DNA of 64,000 bases from Lama glama (Eukaryota). The notes beneath the pieces were generated by a model. The model ran no database searches, was not told the DNA's origin, and was given only the letters and a program-made list of their open reading frames with translations. Of the stretch, positions 52,691 through 64,000 are shown piece after piece (the first letter of the stretch is position 1; every line of letters starts with the position of its first letter). Location of the stretch: NCBI GenBank assembly GCA_028534125.1, contig CM052816.1:73286001-73350000 (forward strand), given 5' to 3'. Position numbers and translations under genes: made by a program.

Positions 52691-54090
52691 CAATATTTCA
52701 GGCAAAAATACAATAAGGCAAAGATCATGACCTTATTCAACCCAAGAATTATGGTGAAGTAGGAGATATTTGTAGATAGGGTTAATGTCTTTATGTTTAT
52801 TCCATCTGTAAGGTAAATTGTAGTGCTTATTCTTTGTCTCCAAAAGCTGAGGGTTACTAACACTGCCTCTCTAAGTAGAAATGCTCCAGGAAAGGCTGGG
52901 GTCCATGACGTGCCATTTCCTGATTTCGCCATGTCTGGACACGACAGCTCAGTTCTAGATGAACGCAGCCAGACAACTCCCAAGGCTGTAAATAAAATCT
53001 CAAGTTGCCAGAATATTCTTTTCAAAACAATAATTATTAGCACAACAAAATCACGCAAATAAGAAATGGAAAGGGCATGACAGGTCATCTAATCTCTCCT
53101 GTGAGAATTCTCTCTTAGATGTTGGCCTCAGTGCTCTTCAGGATGAACTTTAAGTGCAACCAGTGACGTAAACCCACCGTTGTCCTCAGAAGGCTGCTGT
53201 GTAAACCAAAAGTTTTCATTGCTTCTACTTGGATAAAATGCTTTTAAATCTGCCTTTTCCTCAATGTGCGCATTTTACTCTAGTTTTCTTGTGCCTCTAT
53301 CTTTTCAGGTTTTATGAATAAAAATAAGTGGTGATATAATCTTGGAGTAGTAGTTTTCATTCAACTAAGAGTTCAGTTACAAGCAGCAAATGTACTCTTT
53401 CCATTTAAAGGTAAACCCAATGGGGACAATAATGGTTTTCTTTTCTGTTAAACATGTTTTTATTTCATTCTGTTGATGTTTAAAAATTGAAAGGGGTACG
53501 TAAGAATTTGTTCGCAGGTTAAATCTTCAAGAGAATCTTCAGGCTCATTTGCTGTGATGCAAAAAATTGCAATGGGATACTGTTTATATGAGCTGTCGGC
53601 CAGAACTGGGAAATGTTTAGATTATACAGGATGCTATGAAAGTTATTTTTATTTAACATTTTAATCTTATTTTTGCTTGAGAATTTTGCTGGTATCATCT
53701 CAATACATTACTCTTTCATGTAATTAAACATACCTTTGTTTAGTGTATAAGGCAATACGACTTTTCATCGGCAATATTTCCCAAACATTAGTCTTCTGTG
53801 TACCTGAATGTTGACCATATCTTATACTATTTTACCATTTTCCAGTGAATATTTTTCTTGAGATGGCATTCTTGTTCCAACTTAAATATATTTCAAATTA
53901 TGTTTATGCCATTTAATCACTTGCTATTTTCTAATACATATAAATGCATACAATTTAAAGTATTATTGGATAACTTCTAAAATTATCTTTTAGCTCACAT
54001 TTTGGAAAAGCCATTCTACCACATTTCATTATCAATCTATACATAATTTCCTTTTCTTTCATAAATGACTCTAACATTCACAGCTATTTT

Positions 54091-54612
54091 TTTCTTTTTA
54101 TTATTGATGTATAGTCAGTTTATAATATTGTGTCAATTGCTGGTGCACATGTTTCAGTCATACATGTACATACATACATTAGTTTTCATATTCTTTTTCA
54201 ATATTGGTTACTACAAGATATTGAATATAGTTCCCTGTGCTATACAGTATGAACTTGTTTAGCTATTTTATATTTAGTAGCTAGTATCTGTAAATCTTGA
54301 ACTCCCAATTTACCCCTTCACACCCCCTACCATATCTGGTAAACATAAGTTTGTTTTCTATATCTGTGAGTCTATTTCTATTCTGTAAATAAGTTGAATC
54401 AGAGTCCCCTCCAATTATGTGCCCAGGAGTGGGATTGCTGGATCATATGGTAAATCTCTTTTTAAATTTTTAAAGGATCTCCATACTGTTTGTCATAATG
54501 GCTGCGCCAAACTACATTCCCACCAACACTGTATGAGGGTTCCCTTTTCTCCACACCCTCTCCAGCATTTATCATTTGTGGACTTTTTAATGATGGCCAT
54601 TCTGACTGGTTT
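54091..54612 (-). mobile_element. L1 3' end, internally deleted, with 11-bp TSD
   Basis: TSD ACAGCTATTTT at 54080-54090 and 54613-54623; antisense L1 3' UTR and ORF2 end joined through ~20 nt of non-L1-looking filler near 54398-54417. Confidence 0.92.
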
Positions 54613-55104
54613 ACAGCTATTTTCTGATAGTCTCCTAGCAGTTAAAAATCTGTATCGTATATATTATATTTTAAATTTGTCATTTTGTTCTTTTGTTACT
54701 ACAAAAACCCATCTAATTTAAACAAATATAGAGAAACCACAAGCATGATTTATAAAAATTAAATGATTAATTTTTTTCTTTCACACGTTTCTAATAGAGG
54801 TGCTACTGAACTTCAATAAGCAGGTATAATGTATAATAATACCTAAAATATTTTAAACATTCTGTTCTATTGACACTAGTTATTGCCTAAATATTAAGCA
54901 CTCATACTTTTTTACATAATAAACATTTTTAAAAGTCAACTTAAGTCAGACATAAATTCTAAATTAGATATTGATTTATATGAACTCATATTTAGGTCTG
55001 ATTGTTTTCTTTGGTTACTATATTGGGTACCTCTGAAAACATTTCTACTTCAAAATTACTAAGGAAAAATAGTTTTAACCACCAATAAATAAAAGCTTAC
55101 GGAA

Positions 55105-55440
55105 CTTTGACCATTGTGAAAACCTGCTGCAGTTATCCTCTGAGTGGATCCATTGCCATCTCTTGTTTTTGTTTATGATCTTTTAGCCAGTTCCCAGTTC
55201 CGTGTGACTCTGTTCTCATCCAAAGCAATTATAATTCATTTGCAAGTAAAAGTTCATGATCCACTGTTTCAAATGCTTCACTGGAGCCCAAATACATGAC
55301 ATCGATTCCATCCTCTTCATCCAATTAGTTCTGTAACTCTGTCAGACAAGCCTATCATCATGGTCTGGCATGATTTGTTCATTACGGACCATGCTGCTCA
55401 AGGTTCCATTGTCTTCTAACTGTTTACAGATTGTCCTTCA
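55105..55440 (-). mobile_element. CR1/L3-clade LINE, reverse-transcriptase fragment
   Basis: Frameshifted minus-strand translation ICKQLEDNG/QHG/NKSCQTMMIGLSDRVTEL/DEEDGIDVMYLGSSEAFETVDHELLL/LDENRVT/NWLKDHKQ follows the CR1 RT pattern QHGF..KSCxTNL...VDVIYLDFSKAFDTVxH...NWLxxRxQ. Confidence 0.85.
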
Positions 55441-57581
55441 ATTTTTTCTTCCTTATTTCACTCCATATTGATCTATTGCTTAGTTGTGTGTAAACAGTTG
55501 ATTTATTTGGGCATGTTTACAAAGGAGAAAATCTGAAGGAAAGTAACTTGTAGAATCACTTTAATAGCTTTCTGCAAATTACACAGCATTTAAATGAGAT
55601 GCATTGCGATCTTGGGTCTTGTTTTATATTTCCTTAATTTTACATAAAATCCTTTTCATGAGAATTAATAAATATTTCTGCATTGTTAATTTGTGGGTCC
55701 TTGTATTTTCAAAGGACAATGAAACTAGGCTAATGAGAGAAGAATGTTTTGGCTCAGAGGGTTTATACAATAAAGCAATATGTTCCATCATGACTCAGAT
55801 AGAAAATGAGCTAATTGTAGGACAGAGTGGAGTAAATTAAAGAGGATCTAAGAAAGTCTACATAAGGGAGAAATTAATTTATAACATTTATTTATAATAT
55901 ATAATTACAAATATTTGAATTTTTATAAATATTTGAATGGCTGTGATATAAAACTGTAAAAGTAAAAAAAAATCATAACCTTTAATATTCCTGACGCCTC
56001 AACAACCCATTCATGGCAATTATTGGTAAGATCTGTAATAAGCAATAGTTTTAATGATATCAATTACCACTTGTATTGGCTCCAATTTCTATAATAGTTA
56101 AATTGTTTCATTACACATGAATAAGCTTAAAGTGTAGAAAAGTCTGCTCCTTTAATGTTTCTCCTGGAAATCTGCTGATATTTGCTGATTGTATAGCAGT
56201 GTGTTTTTCTTAAAAAAAAAAAAAAAGAAATTCACAATATAGCAATTGCTTTCAACCTTCAAAATTATTAAAGTCTGAGAAATTAAGGATTTCTAAATTA
56301 TATTTCCTTCTGTTCAGGGTAATTAAAAAACATGTTTGTAAAAAGCTGTAATTTTTATAAAGTTATTTTCAAATTGAATATCCATGTGTATATTTTGTCT
56401 TAACCTTATTCAATTCAGTAAGAAGGTATTTACATTTATAACTAAAGAAGGTGCTTATTTTTTAAGTAGATAAATATCTGATCAAATTTCAGGCTAGGAT
56501 TTGACCACAAAAGGGCTTGGCAATTTGAAATTTAAGTAGGCATATGTTCAATAGTCCTATAATTGCTCATAGGGGCAGGAGGTGGGTGTTTACAATCAAA
56601 GAAAAGGGAAAACTTAGTTCATTTTTTTCCAATCAAGTCACTAGTTTCTGGAGAATTCTGTAAAATTATAAATGAGAAAGAGTAATAAATTTTTGTAAAT
56701 TTAATTACACATGATCTAAAGGCTAACTGACATGTAATATTGAAATAGTGTAGAAGAAAGTGAAAAAATGTTTTCTTAATTGAAAAATTTTTTATAACAC
56801 TTTCTATTTGAAGAGTTAGATCCCCCTCAGATTTGCTTACTAACAATGTGTTTATTTATTCCTTCAAGATTTAAATAAAAAACATACTAAAGGGTGATTC
56901 CAAATCTCAAAATTTTAATTCTTATTTTCCATGTTTAATATTGATAGCTCTTTTTATTTTTTAAAGGTTCTTTTTATTGTTCTGATAAACACATTTGATG
57001 ATTAAACATTTCCCACTGAAAGTATAAGGTTTTTCTGTTGTAGTCACATGAATGAGCATACCACATGGTAATACAATAAAAAAAAACTGACAATGATGGT
57101 CTTTTGGGTAACACAGTAGAGCCTAACACAGGTAAAAGGGCCCTTCCCTGCCTTGTTCATCTCAATTTATTCATTAAATACGTTAAACTTGGAAAATTTA
57201 AATTTTTAAATTTTTTTGCTTACAAGAAAATCTATATTTGCATTTTTAATAGTAGAAATTCTAGATTCACAGAAACAAACAAAAAAGTCACTAAATTAAG
57301 ACATAAGTCTGATTTAAATTCACTAGAAAACATTTTTAACTGTTTCCATATGAGACCTAAAAAGGCTAATAAGAAAATAATTTGTATTTCTACTTCAAAG
57401 CATTTTTTATTATTTTAATTTAAATATGTATTTATTATCATTTGTCTAAGGAAATATCATCTGTTCAGTGATGACAGGAGAAGTATGTAATCTGTTCTCT
57501 ACGGAAGTCTTGATATCTAGAATAATACTTGATCTGATACATAGAAAACCCTTGGTACGTATTTGCTGAGTGAATTCATGC

Positions 57582-57892
57582 ATCAGCCAGGGTTTAAGCA
57601 GAGAAGAAGAAACAGTAGAAGATCTGTTTTAAAAGCCCCTACCACTCCACCATCTTGACTGGAAATCTCCCCAGGCAGAATTCCTTTTCCATCACGGAAG
57701 TCTCAGCTCTACTCTTCAGGCATTTCAACTGATTGATCAGGCCCACTCAGGTTATCCAGGATAATCTCCCTTACCTACAGGGAACTAACTGATTATGGAT
57801 TTTAATCACATCTGGAAAATATCCTCATAGAAGCATCTAGATTAATTCTTGATTGAGTAACTAGAGACCGTAACCTAGCCAAGCTGACACAG
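57582..57892 (-). mobile_element. MLT2-type (ERVL) LTR, internally deleted
   Basis: ttcaactgattgatcaggcccact...ggataatctcccttac...aactgattatggattttaatcacatct...catctagatt...cctagccaagctgacaca is antisense MLT2. Confidence 0.85.
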
Positions 57893-57989
57893 CAAGACTT
57901 GGATAAACGGAGCAGGCACTATCTTTTTCCATAGTAGATAACTCATCCTTGAGAATTTAAACAGAAGTAGATTGTCCACCCTAAAGGTA

Positions 57990-58210
57990 CCATTTATTTA
58001 GCACTTATCATATGCTTTTAAGTCTGTCTGATTTTAAGCTTTTGATGTATATTAATCATTTCCAATAATTTCAAGAACCCTGTATTTTGTTCTCATTTTA
58101 CAGAAGAGAAACTTGACATTAAAAAAGAGTAAGAAATCTTCAAAGTTAACCAGCTGGTGAGGATTGAAAACTAAAATATATTACTGCCAAAGCCCTAACT
58201 CTTAAAAACT
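57990..58210 (-). mobile_element. MIR SINE
   Basis: catttatttagcacttatcatatgc...ctcattttacagaagagaaact...caaagttaaccagctggt. Confidence 0.7.
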
Positions 58211-61200
58211 ATAATCCTAGTATGGCATTATTAAACAAAAATTGGCATATAGAGAAAGGGAAAAAAAGAAATGTTTAAGTGTGTTATTTGAGTCAAGAAT
58301 TTCGAACTCATTGCAATATACTTGTCCTTGACTCCTACTCTCTACTGATGTGTTCATCTATGTCACTCTTCAGCATTCCTGAGAAAGTGCTGAAAGAATA
58401 TAGGATGGTTGAGATAATGATTATAAAGATATTTATCATCATTTGTGTCTTATTACAACAGAATACTTTGAAAGCCACTAAAGTGCTTTTTTTAGCCAAC
58501 AACAGTAGGAAAAACAAACTTTTCACATGTTCAACTGTCAAAGCTTATGCTAAAATTATTATTGATTTTTATTTTATTCAATGTCTGGGTCTAGTTTTCA
58601 GAAATTTTCAAAACTGAAAAGTAAGATCAAGATCTCAGCTTTTTAGCATGCAATAAATTATTTCTCTATGGCAGTTTTTTATTCTACTTTCTCTTATTCT
58701 GCTTTACTACTTAGCTTTCTGATTTACATAATTAAGCCCCTAACTACCATTATGTACATATCTTAAATATAGTCTGGTCTTCTAAATCATATAGAAATAA
58801 TAAAGAGAGAGATCAAAAAGAATTTACCTATATGTAATCAAATAGGTTATTCTTTATTACAAATTTTAATTAGTACTGCCTAGTCTAAACTTACAGAAGT
58901 TGGGACTTTGATAGTGAATTTGATTTGTGAATTTCATAATCAATGTCAACCTGCTCATTATTTTACAAACCTAAAAATTCTAATGATAAAATGACATCTT
59001 AAGAAATAAAGTTAGTAATTCATTTTAGCTTTTTCACAACAAAAAACTAATCCCTTTATACGATATTAAACATAATTTTCTTTAATTTAATGTTTAGGCT
59101 ACAATGCTAGCTATAAGTTAGGTGACTGTGCAAAAAATGGAAATGAAAGAGAACTTGCAGAAAAGTCCAGATACAGTCCAAAAAGAAGAAAGCCTTCCCA
59201 AAAGAAAGAAAAATGAAAACAGATGCAGTGTCATCCTCCATTATGTTAGCCCATGCATGGTTCTTGCTAAAGAACAGACATTCAGTCTGCTTTGAATTAT
59301 TTGTCACTTGGCTTCTTTATACTTCCATGCCTTATTTTGCATTTTGTTCACTACTCATTGTGTTACACAATCTACATTCTGCAAAAATTATGTTAATATA
59401 TATTCTTACCAAGGATTAAGCTATGTATAGCCAAGTTTAGAACCTTCACAAACCTTGATGGTTTAGACTTTGCAACCAAACTTAATCATTTGGGGGTCCA
59501 GGTTCACTTGTTCTTGGCCCAGTTGAATGTAAAAGTCCAATGAATTTGACTTTAAAAGGCTAATAAAATATTCAAAAGACTTCTTGCACATCAAATAGCT
59601 CTTAAGACAGAACATTTTGATGAATTTAGTGTACATGAATCAGAAGCATATGGATTAAATTTACCTTAAAATACTCCTGGGTTTAAGAATTAAGAGAAAA
59701 TGTGCTTGGCAAAACACATTTTGGGTTTTGCCTAACCCAGAACATTGGAAAAGTAGTTCAAGATGTTTGACGGACCCAAAACATGGCTAGGTTCACCCAT
59801 CCCTAGTTTCCTGTAGTAATAGCAAAGGACAGGCAGAGGCAGATTTTAGGTGTATAAATCTAACTCAGGTTTTTATCATGGTCATCCAAAACTATTGGAT
59901 AACTTGAGAATGCCTTATCTTGTCTAAATCAAATTTGTGCTATGTGCTTTATACAATCTTGATTAAGGACTGTAGAATGCGTGTTTTACAGGGAGGGTGT
60001 GGTTCTACATAATTATAGCAACTTCTATGTACTCACTCAACAAAAAAAGAGAAATCATAAGGTTCATGCTTACCTAGAGCATATCAAGAGATGCAGAGAC
60101 TTCAATATTAATTTCAATGACTATTAATTTGAGTTGAATAAGAAGTTCATCATTAATTTCTACTTCTAAAAGTAATAGAAGTATGCTAAAGGAGACAGGG
60201 TGTCAGAAAGAAGGAACATATACTATAGTCAATATTATGACATTTTATTTCCTTTTTCCAACACAGTTTTATTCCTACACAAGAAATGGGCAGTATGTAT
60301 GAGCAAGTCATTAAATTATTTGGCTATTACTTTTTACCACAAGCAACTATTCATTCCTGATTTAGGGAACTTCCATTAATAACTGAACTGCTTTTCAGTT
60401 GAATTTATGACTAGATCTTTATTTTTGAGTAAAAAATACAAAAGAAAAAAATTACTTATCTGTTATCTTTCTTCTCTCCCAATAAACAAATAGACACAGA
60501 TCACTGACTCACATTACTATAAACAAATTCTTGTCAATTGATGGCGCAAAGTATTTCAAACTACAGTATAAGATATTCATATTGTAAAATAGGGTTCATT
60601 CTGTAGGAATGCTAGTGACCTTAATAAAGGTAATGTGTTAAAGATAATATCTAAAGGGTAATCCAAATGTGAGTTTTTGTAACAAGTAATATATAAACGT
60701 AAGGTATATTCTTGAGCTTTAAATTAGTAAATAAGAATGATATTTTAATCATACAAGCTTGAGGATTAGAAAGTACTTCCCACAAAAAGAAAATTTATTA
60801 TATTATGAAGTAATGGTAGGCAGTTTTCTGCAACATGATAAGAAATTACTAAGAAGATATAAAGATCTATTTTACACATCTTTATATACAAAGGCTAGGT
60901 TTAAAAACATAGGCTCTGTTTATTTGCTTACTCAAATAATAAATTACAAATAAGTAACATTTATTTTCAAAGAACTAAAAGGCAATTAATTGTATAAAGT
61001 AAAAGGTTTATATAAAAATGTGTGAATATAGAGAATATTTCTTCTTTTAATAACAAGAAAAATAGAACTACAACACTTCAAAATAACACTTTCCATCAGC
61101 CTTAACTTTCTGAAACTCAGCAGCCAAACAAGTTCTTGGCATGCTAAAGAAATGTCATCAGTCTGCACTAAAGACATGTACATTTAGGCCCTCATTCATA

Positions 61201-61229
61201 GCCTTCGAATTCTTATTTACCATACAATT

Positions 61230-61480
61230 AATTTGATTATTCCACAACTATTTACTAAGCACCTACCAAAGGCAAGACATTGTTGGGTACAAGAGAAACA
61301 CAAAGATTTTTTATTCAGAATTGTTTCTTCTCAAAAAGATTATATCTTGGGTGGATTAAGACATGTATAAAGACTATTATTAAATGTGGAAATTTATACA
61401 AAATCAGTGCAGAAAGCATCCTATGGATTCTTGAAAGAGAGTTCTTAAGTAGAGTCTATGAGAAAAAAGCATAATGCCAA
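61230..61480 (-). mobile_element. L2 3' fragment
   Basis: caactatttactaagcacctaccaaaggcaagacattgttgggtac. Confidence 0.6.
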
Positions 61481-61954
61481 GAAAAGTAATGGCTGAAAAT
61501 CTTACATTAAGGGTTGGCACAGAAAAATGTAAAAGAAGACAAAAATTACACTGCTTAACAGTTTAACAATGGGTGCTAATAGGAACCATTTAATTTACAT
61601 TGAGCTTGTTTTGTTTAAAAAGATAAGGAAATGTAGAACATATATTTAACCAACTTGAATTTAATGCAAATTTTGTATCATATGTAGACAATTGCACACA
61701 TGCTGTGCATAAGATATTATAGTGTGTGTATAAATAAATAATGCAAATAAGTATAGAATGCTTAATGCTGTATAACAGGACAGCCCTGGGGCAGGGACTA
61801 GATTCTAGCAGAAGGTAATTTCATAGTTGTCTGTGAGGAAAACTGTCAATTAGCTTAAAAAATCTTTGGTTACTGATGAATTATAATTAAGGAATATATT
61901 TAGCCTGCTTCCAGCTAAGTTGATAGAGATTAATAGAAAATATTAGCTATCTAG

Positions 61955-62115
61955 ATGTGTGTTCCAAGGGACTACATGTAGCCAAATTACCAGGAGAAGT
62001 TGCTAACAAGAGCAGTTTTCTGATATCGTAACTTCTGGGAGTAAGGACCATCTATTCTAATTGTTAACAAGATTTTCAAATGATTCTTAAGCACATTAAC
62101 TTTTAAAAACTACTC
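61955..62115. mobile_element. MER5-like DNA transposon, degenerate
   Basis: aattaccaggagaagttgctaa...ttaacaagattttcaaatgattcttaagcacattaacttttaaaaactact. Confidence 0.5.
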
Positions 62116-62909
62116 TTCTAAGTTCTTTCAGGAATCTTTTTGGAAAGACAACAGGGAGAGTTTTGGCAGGTAGCCAGTGAGCAGATATCTAAGAGCATTA
62201 TTCTCTTATGCTATAAAAAGATACTCTAATGCAAATAACAGTAATTTGTAAGATTTGTGGCGGAGACATACATTTTGCCAAATGGAGATTTCATACTAGA
62301 GCCATTTATTAGCTATATATTGACATTTACTATACATAGATGGTTTAATTTTATTTATGAGCCAGATATTGTTTTTCTATCTTATTACTTTCATATGTCA
62401 GCTTAATACAAGCTGTAACATGCTTACACACTTGGCAGCACCTTTTATTAAGAATTTAGGAAAAAGTGAAAGAGCTCAGATAGAAAAGTACATTCCCCAA
62501 ACTACTGATCCATGAGGCCAATGTTATCAAACACTTTAAAGAAGTTCCCATCAAAAATTATTTTCTAGTTTTCTAGTTCTAATTTTCTAGTGTGGGTTAT
62601 GTTTCAGTTATATGGAAAATATATTCATGGGGAAAGATATTCTTTAACCATCTCAGATAAACTAGACATAACTAAGATTATGTTTTCATATTACTTCTTT
62701 CTTATTTGTTTATAGATCCATAATAAAATATAAAAAATAAAACCATTTGAGGGAGTGAAATAGAAAAAGATACAACATATCAACAACCATCATGGAGTGA
62801 CACATATGCAAAGGCAGAACGAAACAAATACGAAGAAGTACCAAGAAATATATAGTGTAGGGAGACGAAGGAATAAAAAGGGGCAGAAAGGTAACATCTC
62901 CCCTACGCA

Positions 62910-63400
62910 CCCTGTCCCACCCAGATCACCTTCACTTTCAGCATTTTCTGGTTAAAAAAGAGTGGTCTTCAGGCATTAACGCATTCAACCTCTCCCTCCC
63001 CATAATTTCACCACAACATACCCACTTACCTACCCCCATACACGTTTTACCTTTTTCCTCTGATCTGAGAAAGAAGTGATCCTGCTGTCTAAGGCTATCT
63101 TTATACTTCCATTTCTCCTCTCCTGACAGCTTCCCTCCCTTTCAAGTCACCTTCTATTCACAGGCAAAGTTTATATCAAAAAGTCTTGACAAACACTTCC
63201 ATTTAGTTATTGCCCATTCTTTCTTCAACTCACTTGTAATTGAATTCCACTCCCACTGTGCCACTAAAATTACTCTTACTAATGTCACCAGTGGTTAAGC
63301 CTAATGGAAGTTTTGTGTTTGTTTTTTTTTTTTAACTTATGTGTATCTTTAATTCTAATTCATTAATTTTACTTTTGAAAAATCTTGAATTATAAAATGT
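62910..63400 (+). mobile_element. L2 internal fragment
   Basis: ttccactcccactgtgccactaaaattactcttactaatgtcaccagtg resembles the L2 RT region. Confidence 0.55.
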
Positions 63401-64000
63401 TATGATTATAATTTCGCTGTTTACTATTAGTTTGGGGAAAATACAGCCCTCTGTTTCCTTCTAGCATGAAGACTACCCCAATTGTTTAAAACTTAAGTTT
63501 TATAGGGCACTATTATCTTTACAATGCTAAACCACAGCATGCATGTATACCAGGGACAGAAATGCTTCTAAAGACAGACACCAGTCCCACACACAGAGGT
63601 ATCATCAATACAATAACAAAACAGCAGCCACAGACTCTGTCCACACAGCATATTTTAGCACACTAGTCCCACTGACATGTTAGACACTAGCTTCAATAGC
63701 AACAGACCAGCCAAGACCTATAAATTGCCACTTCTTTTTACAGTTTACTAATGCTGAAAACTTTCACAGAAGTTTCTCATGCAGTTTCTTGGTGTTTTGT
63801 TTGGTTGGCAGTAAACTGTGTTTTTTGACTCTATATGAGTTTTTTTTTAATTTACATAGGTACTTTAGCAATCAGACTAGATGAGATAAAAATGTATTTT
63901 TAAGTGATTACAAGAGTTAACTGTTTTACAGAGTTGCAGTCTCCCTGATTTTCATTCCCACCCATCAAAGTGAAGAAGAAAGTGGCCAGTACTCTGAGTA

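Noticed and set aside
59697..59781. Overlapping 8-bp inverted repeats suggesting alternative hairpins
   Set aside because: Stems are short and A/T-run based; not miRNA-like.
1..64000. Repeated TGAGTCA/TGACTCA and TGACATCA motifs; CRISPR arrays, operons, rRNA, snRNA, NUMT or viral genes
   Set aside because: Motif counts look close to chance for 64 kb; none of the other features was recognised in this mammalian DNA.

Overview
AT-rich mammalian genomic DNA, intronic or intergenic. It is probably camelid, judging from a Vic-1-like tRNA-derived SINE at ~31.7 kb. No protein-coding gene could be recognised: the supplied six-frame ORFs are chance ORFs or decayed L1 pieces. Much of the window is transposable-element debris: L1 of several ages, L2, MIR, hAT-Charlie MERs (MER20 x2, MER3, MER5), an MLT2 LTR, a probable ERV solo LTR and an ancient CR1/L3 reverse-transcriptase relic. 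Repeat families were assigned from recalled consensus sequences, not a database search, and their boundaries are approximate. The most notable observations are: (1) a ~97-bp two-part templated insertion at 52.36-52.45 kb, copied from nearby sites on both sides, with one donor ending inside the target-site duplication (TSD) of an L1; (2) four minus-strand candidate exons (48.1, 47.7, 43.0 and 39.0 kb) that splice into an open 56-aa small ORF; (3) a TSD-flanked rearranged L1 composite at 49.5-50.2 kb; (4) the still-readable CR1 RT relic. I see no solid evidence of a new biological system; the transcript model is a hypothesis.
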